Shown in pieces: positions 39,052 to 49,334 of a DNA stretch of 64,000 nt; position 1 is the first letter of the stretch, and each line of letters opens with the position of its first letter. The position numbers and the translations under genes were made by a program. The stretch comes from Bdellovibrionales bacterium (GTDB taxonomy: Bacteria > Bdellovibrionota > Bdellovibrionia > Bdellovibrionales > JAGQZY01). The stretch is from the NCBI GenBank assembly GCA_964230645.1, contig CAXRHT010000002.1, positions 1,568,001-1,632,000 of the forward strand, read 5' to 3'. The notes below the pieces were generated by a model. It worked only from the letters and a program-made list of their open reading frames with translations, searched no databases and had not been told where the DNA came from.

Positions 39052-39333
39052 ATGCGATTTCTATTATTACTTTTGATGCTCTTCTCGCTAAATCTGGCCG
39101 AGGCTCATGGTGGGAGAACTGACTCTTCGGGTTGTCATCATGATAAAAAAAATGGTGGGTACCATTGCCATAAAGCAAAAACAGAAAGCCGTACAGCCGA
39201 CTTCCTTAAAAAAGAAGCTCGAGAAAATTCCACTTGCTGTAAGGTCTGTCTTAAAGGTAAAGCCTGCGGGAACTCCTGTATTTCTCGCAGCAAAACCTGT
39301 CATAAAACCCCTGGCTGCGCCTGTGATGGCTAA
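39052..39333 (+). CDS. Small secreted YHYH-type His-rich protein with Cys-rich C-terminal module
   Basis: AAGGAG RBS, signal peptide ...AEA, HGGRTDSSGCH...YHCH, then CCKVCLKGKACGNSCISRSKTCHKTPGCAC. Confidence 0.8.
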   Translation: MRFLLLLLMLFSLNLAEAHGGRTDSSGCHHDKKNGGYHCHKAKTESRTADFLKKEARENSTCCKVCLKGKACGNSCISRSKTCHKTPGCACDG

Positions 39334-39395
39334 AAATTAGCATGCTGACTCTCTGCATGGTCAAAAGGACCCTGCAAGAGAGTAGACTAGTCCGC

Positions 39396-40448
39396 ATGAT
39401 GAAGCAGCCGACCTTTCGTTTAAGTCGCTTCGAGAAAAAGCGGCAAATCTTTTATGTCCTTTTTGATCTCCTGATGATCTTAACAGTGCTTTTTAATATC
39501 ACGTGGATTGTTTTTGATACGCTTTTTGTCAGTGAAGTCTTTCAGAACTTTCTGGCCACTTTTTTGCCTGAGTTTACGGCCTACTATGCCGAAGTGATTC
39601 ATCCCAATTTCCCCACCTACGATATGATTTTTGTTGGGATCTTTCTAACGGAGTTTTTTATTCGTTGGGCCGCCGCTATTTATAATCACACCTACTATCG
39701 CTGGTTCTTTTTTCCATTCGTTCATTGGTATGATCTTTTAGGGTGTATTCCGATAGGCTCCATGCGGTGGTTGCGGCTTCTTCGTATCTTCGCAGTGGTC
39801 TATCGCTTACAAAAGTATAAGATTTTTGATTTTTCTAATACCTATCCCGTTCTTTTCTTTAGAAAGTACCTTGACGTTGTGGTTGAAGAGATCTCTGACC
39901 GAGTGGTGATCAATTCTCTTAACGGCATTGAGGATGAGATTAAGGAAGGGCACCCAGTAGTTGAGCGGATTACAAAAGAGGTACTGGTTCCCCAAAAAGA
40001 ATTGGTGGGTCACTGGGTGACTCAAAAGATAAACGACCTAAAAACCAGTGTTTACGAACCGAATCGCGAGGATTTCAAAAAATATGTTGAGGCTAATATC
40101 AGGGAGTCCATGAGTCAGGCCAGTAACATCAAACTAATATCTAAAATCCCGGTGGTAGGCCCCCTGATTGATAATGCTCTTGATGATATTGTGAGTGACG
40201 TGGTTTTTAATGTGACCGATAAATTACTTGCCGATTTGGGAAGCGAGAACACCGATGTCGTGGTGGAGCAGCTCACTGATCAGGTGATGTTGCAATTGAC
40301 AGAAACGAGCCCACTTACAAACCAAGTGGCTCGTGATGTTTTGATTCGCTCGCTCCATATTATTAAAGAAGAGGTAGCCGTTCAGAAGTGGAAGTCTAAG
40401 GACTACTCAAAGAAGAAAAAAGCACCTAGACCCTCGGCGGTCCAGTAG
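39396..40448 (+). CDS. Ion-transport-family membrane protein (voltage-sensor-like domain plus soluble C-terminus)
   Basis: IFLTEFFIRW (S2), WYDLLGCIP (S3), RWLRLLRIFAVVYRL (S4), EEISDRVV. Confidence 0.7.
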   Translation: MMKQPTFRLSRFEKKRQIFYVLFDLLMILTVLFNITWIVFDTLFVSEVFQNFLATFLPEFTAYYAEVIHPNFPTYDMIFVGIFLTEFFIRWAAAIYNHTYYRWFFFPFVHWYDLLGCIPIGSMRWLRLLRIFAVVYRLQKYKIFDFSNTYPVLFFRKYLDVVVEEISDRVVINSLNGIEDEIKEGHPVVERITKEVLVPQKELVGHWVTQKINDLKTSVYEPNREDFKKYVEANIRESMSQASNIKLISKIPVVGPLIDNALDDIVSDVVFNVTDKLLADLGSENTDVVVEQLTDQVMLQLTETSPLTNQVARDVLIRSLHIIKEEVAVQKWKSKDYSKKKKAPRPSAVQ

Positions 40449-40599
40449 AGTGACTCGAAGAAATATTGAAAAACACTCACTTTTTTAGCCTCACGACGAT
40501 AGCCCTTTTAGGGATCTGCACACAATGTAGATACTAAATGTAGGAAAAAATATTCGGCTTATTCTAATCTAGATAAAACTAACGACATGGAGGTCAAAA

Positions 40600-40746
40600 A
40601 TGTTTCACCAAGACGGTCACACCACAGGCGATGCCACTTACTTTGATTTTTATAAAACCCATGAGCCCCAACCTTGGCCCACAAATCCCAAAAAACCCCT
40701 TAAAAAAGATCTTTCAACCTGGATAAAGCTTTTAATAAGCCGGTAA
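40600..40746 (+). CDS. Small 48-aa protein (not in the ORF track)
   Basis: GGAGG 6 nt before ATG; MFHQDGHTTGDATYFDFYKTHEPQPWPTNPKKPLKKDLSTWIKLLISR. Confidence 0.5.
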   Translation: MFHQDGHTTGDATYFDFYKTHEPQPWPTNPKKPLKKDLSTWIKLLISR

Positions 40747-40873
40747 TTCCTACCTTATGTTCCCTTTGAGACGGCCCGACTCACACCAGAACTCCTGAAG
40801 ATTTAACCATTGCTCCCCTAGAGTATTAAGACCTATATTTTATATTAGTCTTATCTTTACTTGGGAGTCACTG

Positions 40874-41218
40874 GTGATAGCTTTTAAAACTCTTCTTCTA
40901 CTCACATGTTCAAATATTTTCATGACTTTTGCCTGGTATGCCCACCTTAAAAATATGAAGGCTAAGCCCCTTGTTATCGTCATTTTAGTTAGTTGGGGAA
41001 TTGCATTTTTCGAGTACTGCTTTCAGGTTCCGGCTAACAGGATTGGATTTAATTATTTCTCTCTTCCTCAGCTTAAAATACTTCAAGAAGTGATTACCCT
41101 TTTAGTCTTTCTTGGTTTTGCTGTCTTTTATATGGGAATTAAACCGAGTTTAAACTTTCTGTGGGCGAGCTTTTGTATCGTTGGTGCGGTTTATTTTATT
41201 TTTAAAGATGGTATGTAA
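40874..41218 (+). CDS. DMT-family small membrane protein (DUF486-like)
   Basis: SNIFMTFAWYAHLK, SWGIAFFEY..QVPANRIG, QLKILQEVITL. Confidence 0.9.
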   Translation: MIAFKTLLLLTCSNIFMTFAWYAHLKNMKAKPLVIVILVSWGIAFFEYCFQVPANRIGFNYFSLPQLKILQEVITLLVFLGFAVFYMGIKPSLNFLWASFCIVGAVYFIFKDGM

Positions 41219-41267
41219 TAGGGATCCCAACACTTTAAGCAAAGAATTGTTGACCAAAGGAGGACTT

Positions 41268-41543
41268 ATGAAAGGTTTACCCGATTCGGTAAAGGCCTAT
41301 AAAAAAACACCACTCTTCACCAACGAGTCCGTGCCAGATGGACTCTTGAAAACTCATAGGACCAAGGCGGGTACTTGGGGCAAAATTTGTGTTGAAAAGG
41401 GAAAGCTTCAGTATGTGATTGAAAAAGAACCCAAAGAGACCATAGAACTTGGTCCGCAAAATCATGGAGTGGTTGAGCCGGAAGTTCCTCATCATGTGAA
41501 GCCCATGGGGGAAGTGGAGTTTTATGTTGAGTTCTACAAATGA
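41268..41543 (+). CDS. DUF1971 / TehB N-terminal cupin-like protein
   Basis: AGGAGG RBS; YKKTP.F....VP.GL...H.TKAGTWG, P..PH.V, FYVEFY. Confidence 0.85.
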   Translation: MKGLPDSVKAYKKTPLFTNESVPDGLLKTHRTKAGTWGKICVEKGKLQYVIEKEPKETIELGPQNHGVVEPEVPHHVKPMGEVEFYVEFYK

Positions 41544-41546
41544 TTT

Positions 41547-41930
41547 CTAAGTGAGGGTGCCGAATTCTCCCGTGGCATTGGCAATGGCTTGCTGAGAGAG
41601 AGCCTCAAGGTCTAAGGTCTTCAACCGATCCAGTGCTAGCTCTATTTGCCCCTCTCTACACATGGCTGCTGCGGCGGAATCGATCTCGGCCCCTTTCAAA
41701 GCTTTGATGGCCTCTTCTTGGATAAATTTAGCGACCACTAGTCCCACTTCGTCGCAACGTTTGCAATTTAACTCGTGCCCTTTCTTGTTTTGCCTTTGAT
41801 CCGCGGAGATCACCCAATCCCTGGGGTGAAAGGGAGGATCATGGCGTACATGCTGTTTGTGCCCGCACTGAAGGTCGGCTACCCAATGATTTTCTTCGTC
41901 TTTGTGAAAACCTGTGATCTTTTGTTTCAT
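41547..41930 (-). CDS. DUF3565-family protein with C-terminal extension
   Basis: GFHKDEENHWVADLQCGHKQHVRHDPP...R.WV...L.CKRCD. Confidence 0.85.
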   Translation of the reverse strand: MKQKITGFHKDEENHWVADLQCGHKQHVRHDPPFHPRDWVISADQRQNKKGHELNCKRCDEVGLVVAKFIQEEAIKALKGAEIDSAAAAMCREGQIELALDRLKTLDLEALSQQAIANATGEFGTLT

Positions 41931-42062
41931 ACCTAAATCCCCTACTGGTCCCCTTTAAAGTTTAGCAAAGGCAGGCTTGGGTTGAAAACACCCAACATTT
42001 TCGACTTTTTGATCCCTTGAAAAAGGACCTATTCTACGACTTTACTTGATTTAGCTTAAATT

Positions 42063-44093
42063 ATGGGCTCTAATGGCCCGCAGATGACAAATACTTCCTC
42101 CCGGCTGCTCTCACTTATTCTCTCTTCTCGTTCAAGTTTTAGCGCAACTGTCTTGTTCTTTTTGTTCATTCTACTTTACTTTCTTCTGCTCACTTTTGAT
42201 TTTGCAATTGAAGATCTTGCTTATAGAAGTCACTACTTAAGCATTCATACTCTTTTAGAGCTAGCCGCAGTCTTGCCTTCCTTTGCCATCTTCACTCTTG
42301 GGTCTGCTACCATCCAGTCAGTTCGTAAAAAGTCGATTATATTACTCAGTGCTTTTAGTTTGTGTGCGGCCTTTTTGGATATTGGTCATATCCTTTCATA
42401 CCCTGGCATGCCCAACTTCGTCTCTCCAAGTAGTGCCGATAAAGGTATCTACTTTTGGTTAGCCTCACGCCTCACTGACAGTGTTAGTTTTTTTATAGTT
42501 GCGGTTTTGTCACTGAAGCAAGAGTTCGAAATGAGTTCGACGTCCCTCAGTCGAATGAGCCGCATCAGCTTTCCTGCTGCTATTTTTTATACGCTTTTTG
42601 CCTACTATATTATTTTAGGCTTTCCTCAGTACTTACCCGATATGTTTGTAGATGGGGAAGGGCTCACCACCCTTAAGGTTTCACTAGAAATGCTCGTTGG
42701 GGTACTCACATTTGTGACCGGAATTCTATTCTTAAAAAAAGCACTCAGAGAAGATGGGAAAACGGCTGAGGTATTTTATGGCCTGGCCCTTGGAGCTTTT
42801 ATTTTTTGCCTCGGTAGTTTTTGTTTTCTCAGTTACTCAACAATTGACGATCGCTTCAACTTACTCGGTCACCTTTTAAAAGCAGCAGCCATGTTCCTGA
42901 TTCTTCGAAGCGTTTTTATCGAATGCGTCTTCCTACCGTTGCAGTATACCCAGAGCTTAGCTTTAAAGGCTGAAGCCGCTAAAACCGCTAAGACCAAGTT
43001 TTTAGCCAGTGTCAGTCACGAACTAAGAACTCCATTGGGTATTATTTCTGGCTACAGCGAACTTCTTCAAAGTCGTCTTGTCGATGCTGAGAACAAATCC
43101 TGGGCTGAGAGTATTTATCGAAACGTTTCCCAGCTTCGCCTATTGATAGATGATTTCCTCGATCTGGTTAAAATGGAAAACCAGAAACTAAGCATTAGCC
43201 CCAGCTCCTTTGATATATCTACATTTCTTTCTGATCTTAAAGACGCCTTCAATATGTTGAGCTCAGAAAAAGGCTTAAAGTTTACTATCGAAAATGAACT
43301 GCCCTCCGATTATAAACTCAGTACCGACTATTATCGGCTCAAGCAAATTCTTGATAACCTCATCAGTAATGCGATCAAATTTACCGATGAGGGTGACATC
43401 GTTCTTCGTGTGTTTTCCGGTAAAGATAGTATTTATTTTAGTGTCAAAGACTCCGGCCAAGGAATTCCAGAAGAGGGGCAAGAAAATCTTTTTCAACCAT
43501 TTAGCCAGCTTCATCAAGAGTACGGAAAAAGTCATGGGGGTACCGGTTTAGGGCTTGCGATCTCTAAAAACCTCGCCAACCTTTTAGGAGGCGACTTAAC
43601 TCTTGTAAGCTCCAAAATCAATGAAGGCAGTGAGTTCTTACTGCGAATTGAAAAAAATGTTCATGACGCGATTTCAAAGTCAGCCATCGAACTTTCCTCT
43701 CTAAGAATTACTCCCGAACCGGCCGTGCCCGATTTTTCAGAAAAGAATGTTTTAGTGGTCGACGATAATAAAGAAAATTTAGTTCTGCTTGATATCTTCT
43801 TAAAACCCACCAATGCGGATGTTGTTTGCGTCTCAAGTGGCCCGGAGGCTTTGGACAAGCTCGCCGATCAATCGTTCAATATTATTCTGATGGATATTCA
43901 GATGCCAGAGATGAGTGGTTTTGAAACGATTGAGCGTATCCGTGCACAGGGGATCAAAACACCCGTCGTCGCTGTATCCGCCCACGCCCTTGAGGAAGAA
44001 AAGCAAAGAGCCATTCAGGTAGGCTTTGATGACTATTGCTCAAAACCCATTGATGTCAGTCACCTTTTGCAATCCATGCAAAAGTTACTATAG
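42063..44093 (+). CDS. Hybrid sensor histidine kinase (MASE3-HisKA-HATPase-REC)
   Basis: HTLLE, D..H.LSYPGMP, FWLASR, NLLGHLLK (MASE3); SHELRTPL, NAIKFT, GGTGLGL; LMDIQMP. Confidence 0.93.
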   Translation: MGSNGPQMTNTSSRLLSLILSSRSSFSATVLFFLFILLYFLLLTFDFAIEDLAYRSHYLSIHTLLELAAVLPSFAIFTLGSATIQSVRKKSIILLSAFSLCAAFLDIGHILSYPGMPNFVSPSSADKGIYFWLASRLTDSVSFFIVAVLSLKQEFEMSSTSLSRMSRISFPAAIFYTLFAYYIILGFPQYLPDMFVDGEGLTTLKVSLEMLVGVLTFVTGILFLKKALREDGKTAEVFYGLALGAFIFCLGSFCFLSYSTIDDRFNLLGHLLKAAAMFLILRSVFIECVFLPLQYTQSLALKAEAAKTAKTKFLASVSHELRTPLGIISGYSELLQSRLVDAENKSWAESIYRNVSQLRLLIDDFLDLVKMENQKLSISPSSFDISTFLSDLKDAFNMLSSEKGLKFTIENELPSDYKLSTDYYRLKQILDNLISNAIKFTDEGDIVLRVFSGKDSIYFSVKDSGQGIPEEGQENLFQPFSQLHQEYGKSHGGTGLGLAISKNLANLLGGDLTLVSSKINEGSEFLLRIEKNVHDAISKSAIELSSLRITPEPAVPDFSEKNVLVVDDNKENLVLLDIFLKPTNADVVCVSSGPEALDKLADQSFNIILMDIQMPEMSGFETIERIRAQGIKTPVVAVSAHALEEEKQRAIQVGFDDYCSKPIDVSHLLQSMQKLL

Positions 44094-44435
44094 AAAAACG
44101 AGAGCCTAAAAAAAACATACAATCCTCACAGAACTCTACATAAGTAAGAGGTGGGAGATCTCGTGGCCCCTACATCAATCGATAAATTAAAACAGTTGTC
44201 TATTTTTGAATGTCTTTTTTTCTGGAGATAAGGTCGTTGAAAAAATAGTCGGCGGATGCCCGCTACTTTGTGAAGTTTTCAACACATTTTCATTGATCTC
44301 GCACTATTTTGAATTGATCAAAAAATGGCCTAACCAACGGCGATGCCGACTCATTTTGTGCTTCGTTTCTGATCAGGTTTAAAATAATATCTTAGTATTC
44401 TTTCGTTGATTTGAAACCAGTGAGCTTAGTGAATC

Positions 44436-47369
44436 ATGCAGAAAAATAAAATAGATTCTAAAACTTTCATCGACTCTGAAAATACCGAGAGACAACTGGA
44501 AGTTATTTTTCAAACCGTGGCCGATGCACTTCTAGTCCAAGACACTTCTTTTCGTTGTGTGTACGCCAACGATGTGGCCGCTATTCAATGTGGACTCAAA
44601 AATGCCGAAGAGCTCAAAAACATATCCATGGACAAAGTTTTTGGAAACTCTGCATTTGTCTTAGATGAAAATGGCAACCCCTTTGATATCAACCGATTGA
44701 CCGCACGCAGAGCTTTACTGGGTGAGGACCCTGCCGAAGAAATTTATTATTTGAAAGATAAAACAACTGGGCAAATGAAAATTTCCCGAGCCATTTCACG
44801 TCCGGTTCGAGACGCAGAGGGTAAGCCCATATTGGCTGTCACTCTCTTTCGAGACATCACTCAAGAAAAGCAAACCCAAGACGACATGAGGTTTTTAGCC
44901 GAGGCCAGTCGCACGATCACCCGCTCCCTTGAGCTAACGCAAACCCTAAAGGCTCTTGGTGACATTCTCGTACCCCAATTTGCCGACTGGTACGGAGTTG
45001 ATTTATTAAATGATGATGGACTTCTAGAAGTGGCCCATGCGACTCACAAAGACCCTTCTAAAATTTCTAAGGCTCTTGATATGAGAAAACGTTTCCCCAC
45101 TGATCCTGATGACGAAACTGGCATATATCAGGTTCTGAAAACGGGAGAGCCTCTTCTTATGAAAGAAATCCCAAGGGAACTTTATCTTAACAGAGCCCAG
45201 AGCGACGAGCATCGGAAACTGCTGGAAGAATTATCCATTAGCTCTGCTTTGGTTTTACCCCTAAAGGCCCAGCAACGGACAATCGGAGTGATGACTCTCT
45301 GCCAATCGGAGTCTGAAAGAAAGTTTAGCGAAGAAGACCAAGAGTTAATGCTCGATTTTGCCGCTAGAGCCAGCTTGGCTATTGATAACGCCCGCCTTTT
45401 TAGTAAAGCACAGTCAGACAATGCAAAATTGAATATTGCCCTGGGGGCAGCGAAGCTTGGGGTGTTTGACTGGCAGGTCTCAAGCGACAAACTCTATTGG
45501 TCCGACCGTACAAAAGAAATTTATGAGTGGGATGAGGAGAAAGCTCTCGACGGTATTGACTCCTATATCAACAAACTTCACCCGGAACATCGTCCTCTGA
45601 TAGAAGCGACTCTAGAGAATGCAATTGCAGAAAGAAGAGATTACGAGTTTGAACACAAGTTTTTTATGAAAGACGGAAGCGTTCGTTGGGTTCAATGCAA
45701 CGGACACCCTTATTTTGATTCCAATGACAAATTTGTTGGCATCACAGGAACAGTAAAAGATATCACTTGGAAAAAGAAAGCGGCTCAGAACGAGGCTAAA
45801 ATCAATCAACTTGAAAAAATCGCCGCGCAATTAGCCAATCAAACCGAACCAAGGATGATCGCACAAACTATCATCGAAGAAGGCTTAAAGGTCATTAATG
45901 CTAAGGCTGGGTATCTTGCTCTTTTAAAAGACGAAGCTCTTGAGGTTATTTTTGAACATGGCTACACCGACCAATCCGTAGAAATTTCTAAAGAACTTGA
46001 GCTTGAAGAAGAGTCACCCCTTATGGAGGCCATTGACAGTAAGAAACCGGTTCACTTTCGATCCGAGATTATTTGTCCTTTGACGGCTGGCTCAGAGGTA
46101 CTTGGAGTCATTGGTATTCAGTTCACTAACCCAGAAGGGGGCACTCTTTCCCTGCAAACTTACATTCAGATTCTTTGCTCCTACGCGGCTCAAGCTTTAG
46201 AAAGAGCTCAAAACTTTAGAGAGGCCAATGAGGCTAGGAAAAAAGCCGAAGAAGCCAACAATGCTAAATCTATCTTTTTGGCCAATATGAGTCATGAGAT
46301 TCGAACACCTATGAATGCTATTTTAGGATTTACCGATCTTCTTCGTTCAAAAAACATCTCGGAGGAAGATAAGGAACAATATCTTTCACGCATCGAGCGC
46401 AATGGCGACCAGCTTTTACACCTCATCGACGACATCCTTGATCTCTCTCGAATCGAAGCCAACCAAATGACCATAAGTCATGATTCGTTTTCCGTGAAAA
46501 AACTCCTAAAAGAGGTTTATGATTCCCTTTCCGTTTTAATTCTCGACAAAGAAATAGAAACGAAGTTGGATATCGAGGAAAACCTCCCGGACGCAATGGT
46601 TTCTGATTATATGCGAGTTCGCCAGATCTTGATGAATCTTGTCAGTAATGCCGCAAAGTTTACAGACCATGGCGAAATAACTATTCGAGCTCTCAATGAT
46701 AATGGTCAGGTTCGCATTGAGGTTCAAGACACCGGTATAGGCATGAACCCCTCTGTTAAAAATCAACTTTTCAAACATTTCTCTCAGGGTGATGTTTCGG
46801 TGACTCGAAAATACGGGGGTAGCGGATTAGGGCTGGCTCTATCACGCAAACTAACAAGAATGCTAGGTGGAGATCTAGAACTCATTCACAGTGAAACCGG
46901 AAAGGGCTCAACCTTTGCAGCCTTTTTTCCACTCAATTTAGAAACTTTAAATCCAGACTCTGAAAACGAGGAACCTCACTCCTCTGAAACCCCAGCAAAA
47001 CAAGAGGCTCTAAAAGGAAGAAAAATACTTTTAGCCGAGGACTCGTCCGATAATCGGGCCTTAATCTCCATTTATCTCAAGCAGACAGGAGCGGAACTAA
47101 CAAGTGTTGACGATGGTATCGAAGCCGTAAGAGCCGTTGAGAATGAAAACTTTGATTTAATACTTATGGATATACAGATGCCAAATATGGATGGGCTGCA
47201 GGCCACCCAGCTGATTCGCACAATGGGTTATAAAGGGCCAATCCTAGCATTGACAGCTCATGCTCTTGGTGAGGAAATTCAAAAATCGCTCAATGCTGGC
47301 TGTAACACACATTTAACGAAACCGATCTCTCAAAGCCATCTTATTGCAGAGATTTCTCAGTCTTTGTAG
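44436..47369 (+). CDS. Cytoplasmic hybrid histidine kinase (PAS-GAF-PAS-GAF-HK-REC)
   Basis: PAS (FRDITQEK), GAF (VPQFADW...AIDNARLF), PAS (LHPEHR..DGSVRW), MSHEIRTPM, GGSGLGL, LMDIQMP. Confidence 0.93.
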   Translation: MQKNKIDSKTFIDSENTERQLEVIFQTVADALLVQDTSFRCVYANDVAAIQCGLKNAEELKNISMDKVFGNSAFVLDENGNPFDINRLTARRALLGEDPAEEIYYLKDKTTGQMKISRAISRPVRDAEGKPILAVTLFRDITQEKQTQDDMRFLAEASRTITRSLELTQTLKALGDILVPQFADWYGVDLLNDDGLLEVAHATHKDPSKISKALDMRKRFPTDPDDETGIYQVLKTGEPLLMKEIPRELYLNRAQSDEHRKLLEELSISSALVLPLKAQQRTIGVMTLCQSESERKFSEEDQELMLDFAARASLAIDNARLFSKAQSDNAKLNIALGAAKLGVFDWQVSSDKLYWSDRTKEIYEWDEEKALDGIDSYINKLHPEHRPLIEATLENAIAERRDYEFEHKFFMKDGSVRWVQCNGHPYFDSNDKFVGITGTVKDITWKKKAAQNEAKINQLEKIAAQLANQTEPRMIAQTIIEEGLKVINAKAGYLALLKDEALEVIFEHGYTDQSVEISKELELEEESPLMEAIDSKKPVHFRSEIICPLTAGSEVLGVIGIQFTNPEGGTLSLQTYIQILCSYAAQALERAQNFREANEARKKAEEANNAKSIFLANMSHEIRTPMNAILGFTDLLRSKNISEEDKEQYLSRIERNGDQLLHLIDDILDLSRIEANQMTISHDSFSVKKLLKEVYDSLSVLILDKEIETKLDIEENLPDAMVSDYMRVRQILMNLVSNAAKFTDHGEITIRALNDNGQVRIEVQDTGIGMNPSVKNQLFKHFSQGDVSVTRKYGGSGLGLALSRKLTRMLGGDLELIHSETGKGSTFAAFFPLNLETLNPDSENEEPHSSETPAKQEALKGRKILLAEDSSDNRALISIYLKQTGAELTSVDDGIEAVRAVENENFDLILMDIQMPNMDGLQATQLIRTMGYKGPILALTAHALGEEIQKSLNAGCNTHLTKPISQSHLIAEISQSL

Positions 47370-47414
47370 CGACCGACTCATCGGTGGAGAGATTTTATAA
47401 TATAGGAGTCCGTT

Positions 47415-48716
47415 ATGAAAACACGTACTTATATCTTTAGAAAATTAATTATCTTCCTTGGTTTTACTAGTCTTATGCTGGCTTATCTTAACTGCTCCGG
47501 CTCAGAATCCAGTGTGGTGAGTAACAATGCCAGTTGCGAAGAAGGGGAAATTCTAAACCCCTTTGGGACTTGCGTACTTGAAAGTCCAAGCTCCATTGAA
47601 AACCCAAGCCTTTCTCGGGAAAGCTTTCTTACTGGTCTTTCTTCGCCCTGGGACATGGCCTTTTTAGAGGACGGAACTCTTTTCTTTACTGAGAAATGTC
47701 GAGGGCTTTCCGTCAGATTGACGGATGGAACGACTCATTTTCTTTTTGGAACGAGCGGAGCCGCTTTGGAAGCCAGCGATATTTTTTGCCAAGGACAGAG
47801 TGGAGTTAACGGTGTGGCTGTCGATCCAGAATTTTCCAATAATCGATGGGTTTATATTTTCACGACCTCAAATTTAAGTACCAATCCTCGTACCAACCGC
47901 GTGATCCGACTGAAAGTTTCTGAAGATTTAACTTCAGTTTTTAATCGCCAAGATATCGTGACCGATATAGCTTTTAAAAATTCAGGCAATGATGTGGGTG
48001 GTGCGGGTGCTCACAGTGGTGGGCGGCTGCGTTTTGGACCTGGAGGTTACCTTTTCATTACTACAGGTGATAACCACAACGGTCCCCTCCCCCAAGATCT
48101 CAATAGCTTGGGTGGAAAAGTTTTGAGAGTGGATCGCAATGGAAACGCAGGTTCCAATAACAACACCCCCACTGGCGGCGACCCAAGAATTTTTACTTAC
48201 GGACATCGCAATGTACAGGGTCTTTCCTTTCATCCCATCACCGCTCGTCCGTTTGTGGCTGAACATGGTCCCGGGCATTCTGATGAAGTCACTGCTCTAG
48301 TGGCTGGAGGAAATGCTGGTTGGGACCCAAGGCCTAACGGAGGAGTCACTTGCCCCTCCGATTATTGTGGTTACACCACTAATAAGCCCAGTGGTGTTCC
48401 CACTCCCATGACGGATTTTCAGAAATTCCCTGAAGCTATGCCTCCACTGTGGACTAATGATGGGGACTCCGATGGAATGGGCCCTTGCCAGTTCCTTAGT
48501 GGCGCACAATGGAAAGCTTGGCACACCCGACTGGCCGTGGGCATCATGGGGGCGCGGCGCCTTGATCTCGTGGAGGTTATTGAGGGTGACAAACTTGGAG
48601 AAATAATGACCTTGGATTTTCCAGACGAACGCGTGCGCTCGCTCGTGCAAGGCCCTAATGGAAACCTTTTTGTTATGACCGACAGTGGAAATATTTGGGA
48701 ATTACAACCGAATTGA
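47415..48716 (+). CDS. PQQ-dependent sugar dehydrogenase (GSDH family)
   Basis: PWDMAF, HSGGRLRFGP.G.L..TTGD, GKVLR, YGHRNVQG, EHGP...DE; YLNC signal end. Confidence 0.88.
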   Translation: MKTRTYIFRKLIIFLGFTSLMLAYLNCSGSESSVVSNNASCEEGEILNPFGTCVLESPSSIENPSLSRESFLTGLSSPWDMAFLEDGTLFFTEKCRGLSVRLTDGTTHFLFGTSGAALEASDIFCQGQSGVNGVAVDPEFSNNRWVYIFTTSNLSTNPRTNRVIRLKVSEDLTSVFNRQDIVTDIAFKNSGNDVGGAGAHSGGRLRFGPGGYLFITTGDNHNGPLPQDLNSLGGKVLRVDRNGNAGSNNNTPTGGDPRIFTYGHRNVQGLSFHPITARPFVAEHGPGHSDEVTALVAGGNAGWDPRPNGGVTCPSDYCGYTTNKPSGVPTPMTDFQKFPEAMPPLWTNDGDSDGMGPCQFLSGAQWKAWHTRLAVGIMGARRLDLVEVIEGDKLGEIMTLDFPDERVRSLVQGPNGNLFVMTDSGNIWELQPN

Positions 48717-48752
48717 GTTCCCGAATTTTAGGGATAAGTTTATAACTGAGTT

Positions 48753-49256
48753 GTGAAAACCAATCGTCTAAGACTAAGAAGACCAAACTCTAGTGATGAG
48801 GATTTCTTTTTCCAATTAGAAAACGATCTCGAGGTGTTTCGCTTTCTTCCTCCAGGACGACCTTTTGATCGTAATAAGGTTCGTCTGCACCTTCAGCAGT
48901 ATATTGATAAGAAAGGCCTTTATCGCCCCTTTGGATTCTGGGTGGCTGAACGAAAAGACGATAAGGAACGTGTTGGATACGGCCTACTTCTTAACTTCGG
49001 AGGGGATGAATATCGCTTGGGCTATGTTATCTCAAAAAAGTTTTGGGGTTTAGGCTACGCGACGGAGATCTCCGAGAGGCTTATTTCTTTTGGTTTCGAG
49101 AACAAACTTAAGAGGATCCACGCAGTCACAAGCCCTGAAAACTCAGCCTCTCAAAAAGTGCTAAAAAAATTAGGTTTTTCTTTTAACCATGTTGTTCCAG
49201 GGGAAACCCCGGAAATCTTACTCAATTTATATAGTCTTGAAGATAGTAAATTGTGA
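48753..49256 (+). CDS. GNAT (RimJ/RimL-type) N-acetyltransferase
   Basis: TNRLRLR, LGY.....WG.GYATE, N.ASQKVLKKLGF. Confidence 0.88.
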   Translation: MKTNRLRLRRPNSSDEDFFFQLENDLEVFRFLPPGRPFDRNKVRLHLQQYIDKKGLYRPFGFWVAERKDDKERVGYGLLLNFGGDEYRLGYVISKKFWGLGYATEISERLISFGFENKLKRIHAVTSPENSASQKVLKKLGFSFNHVVPGETPEILLNLYSLEDSKL

Positions 49257-49334
49257 CTTTTCTTGGAAGATTCTTTCGTTAACTTCAAGTAGTTTAGTCT
49301 CTCGTTTATCTTCAAAACTTAAGAGCGAGGTTTT

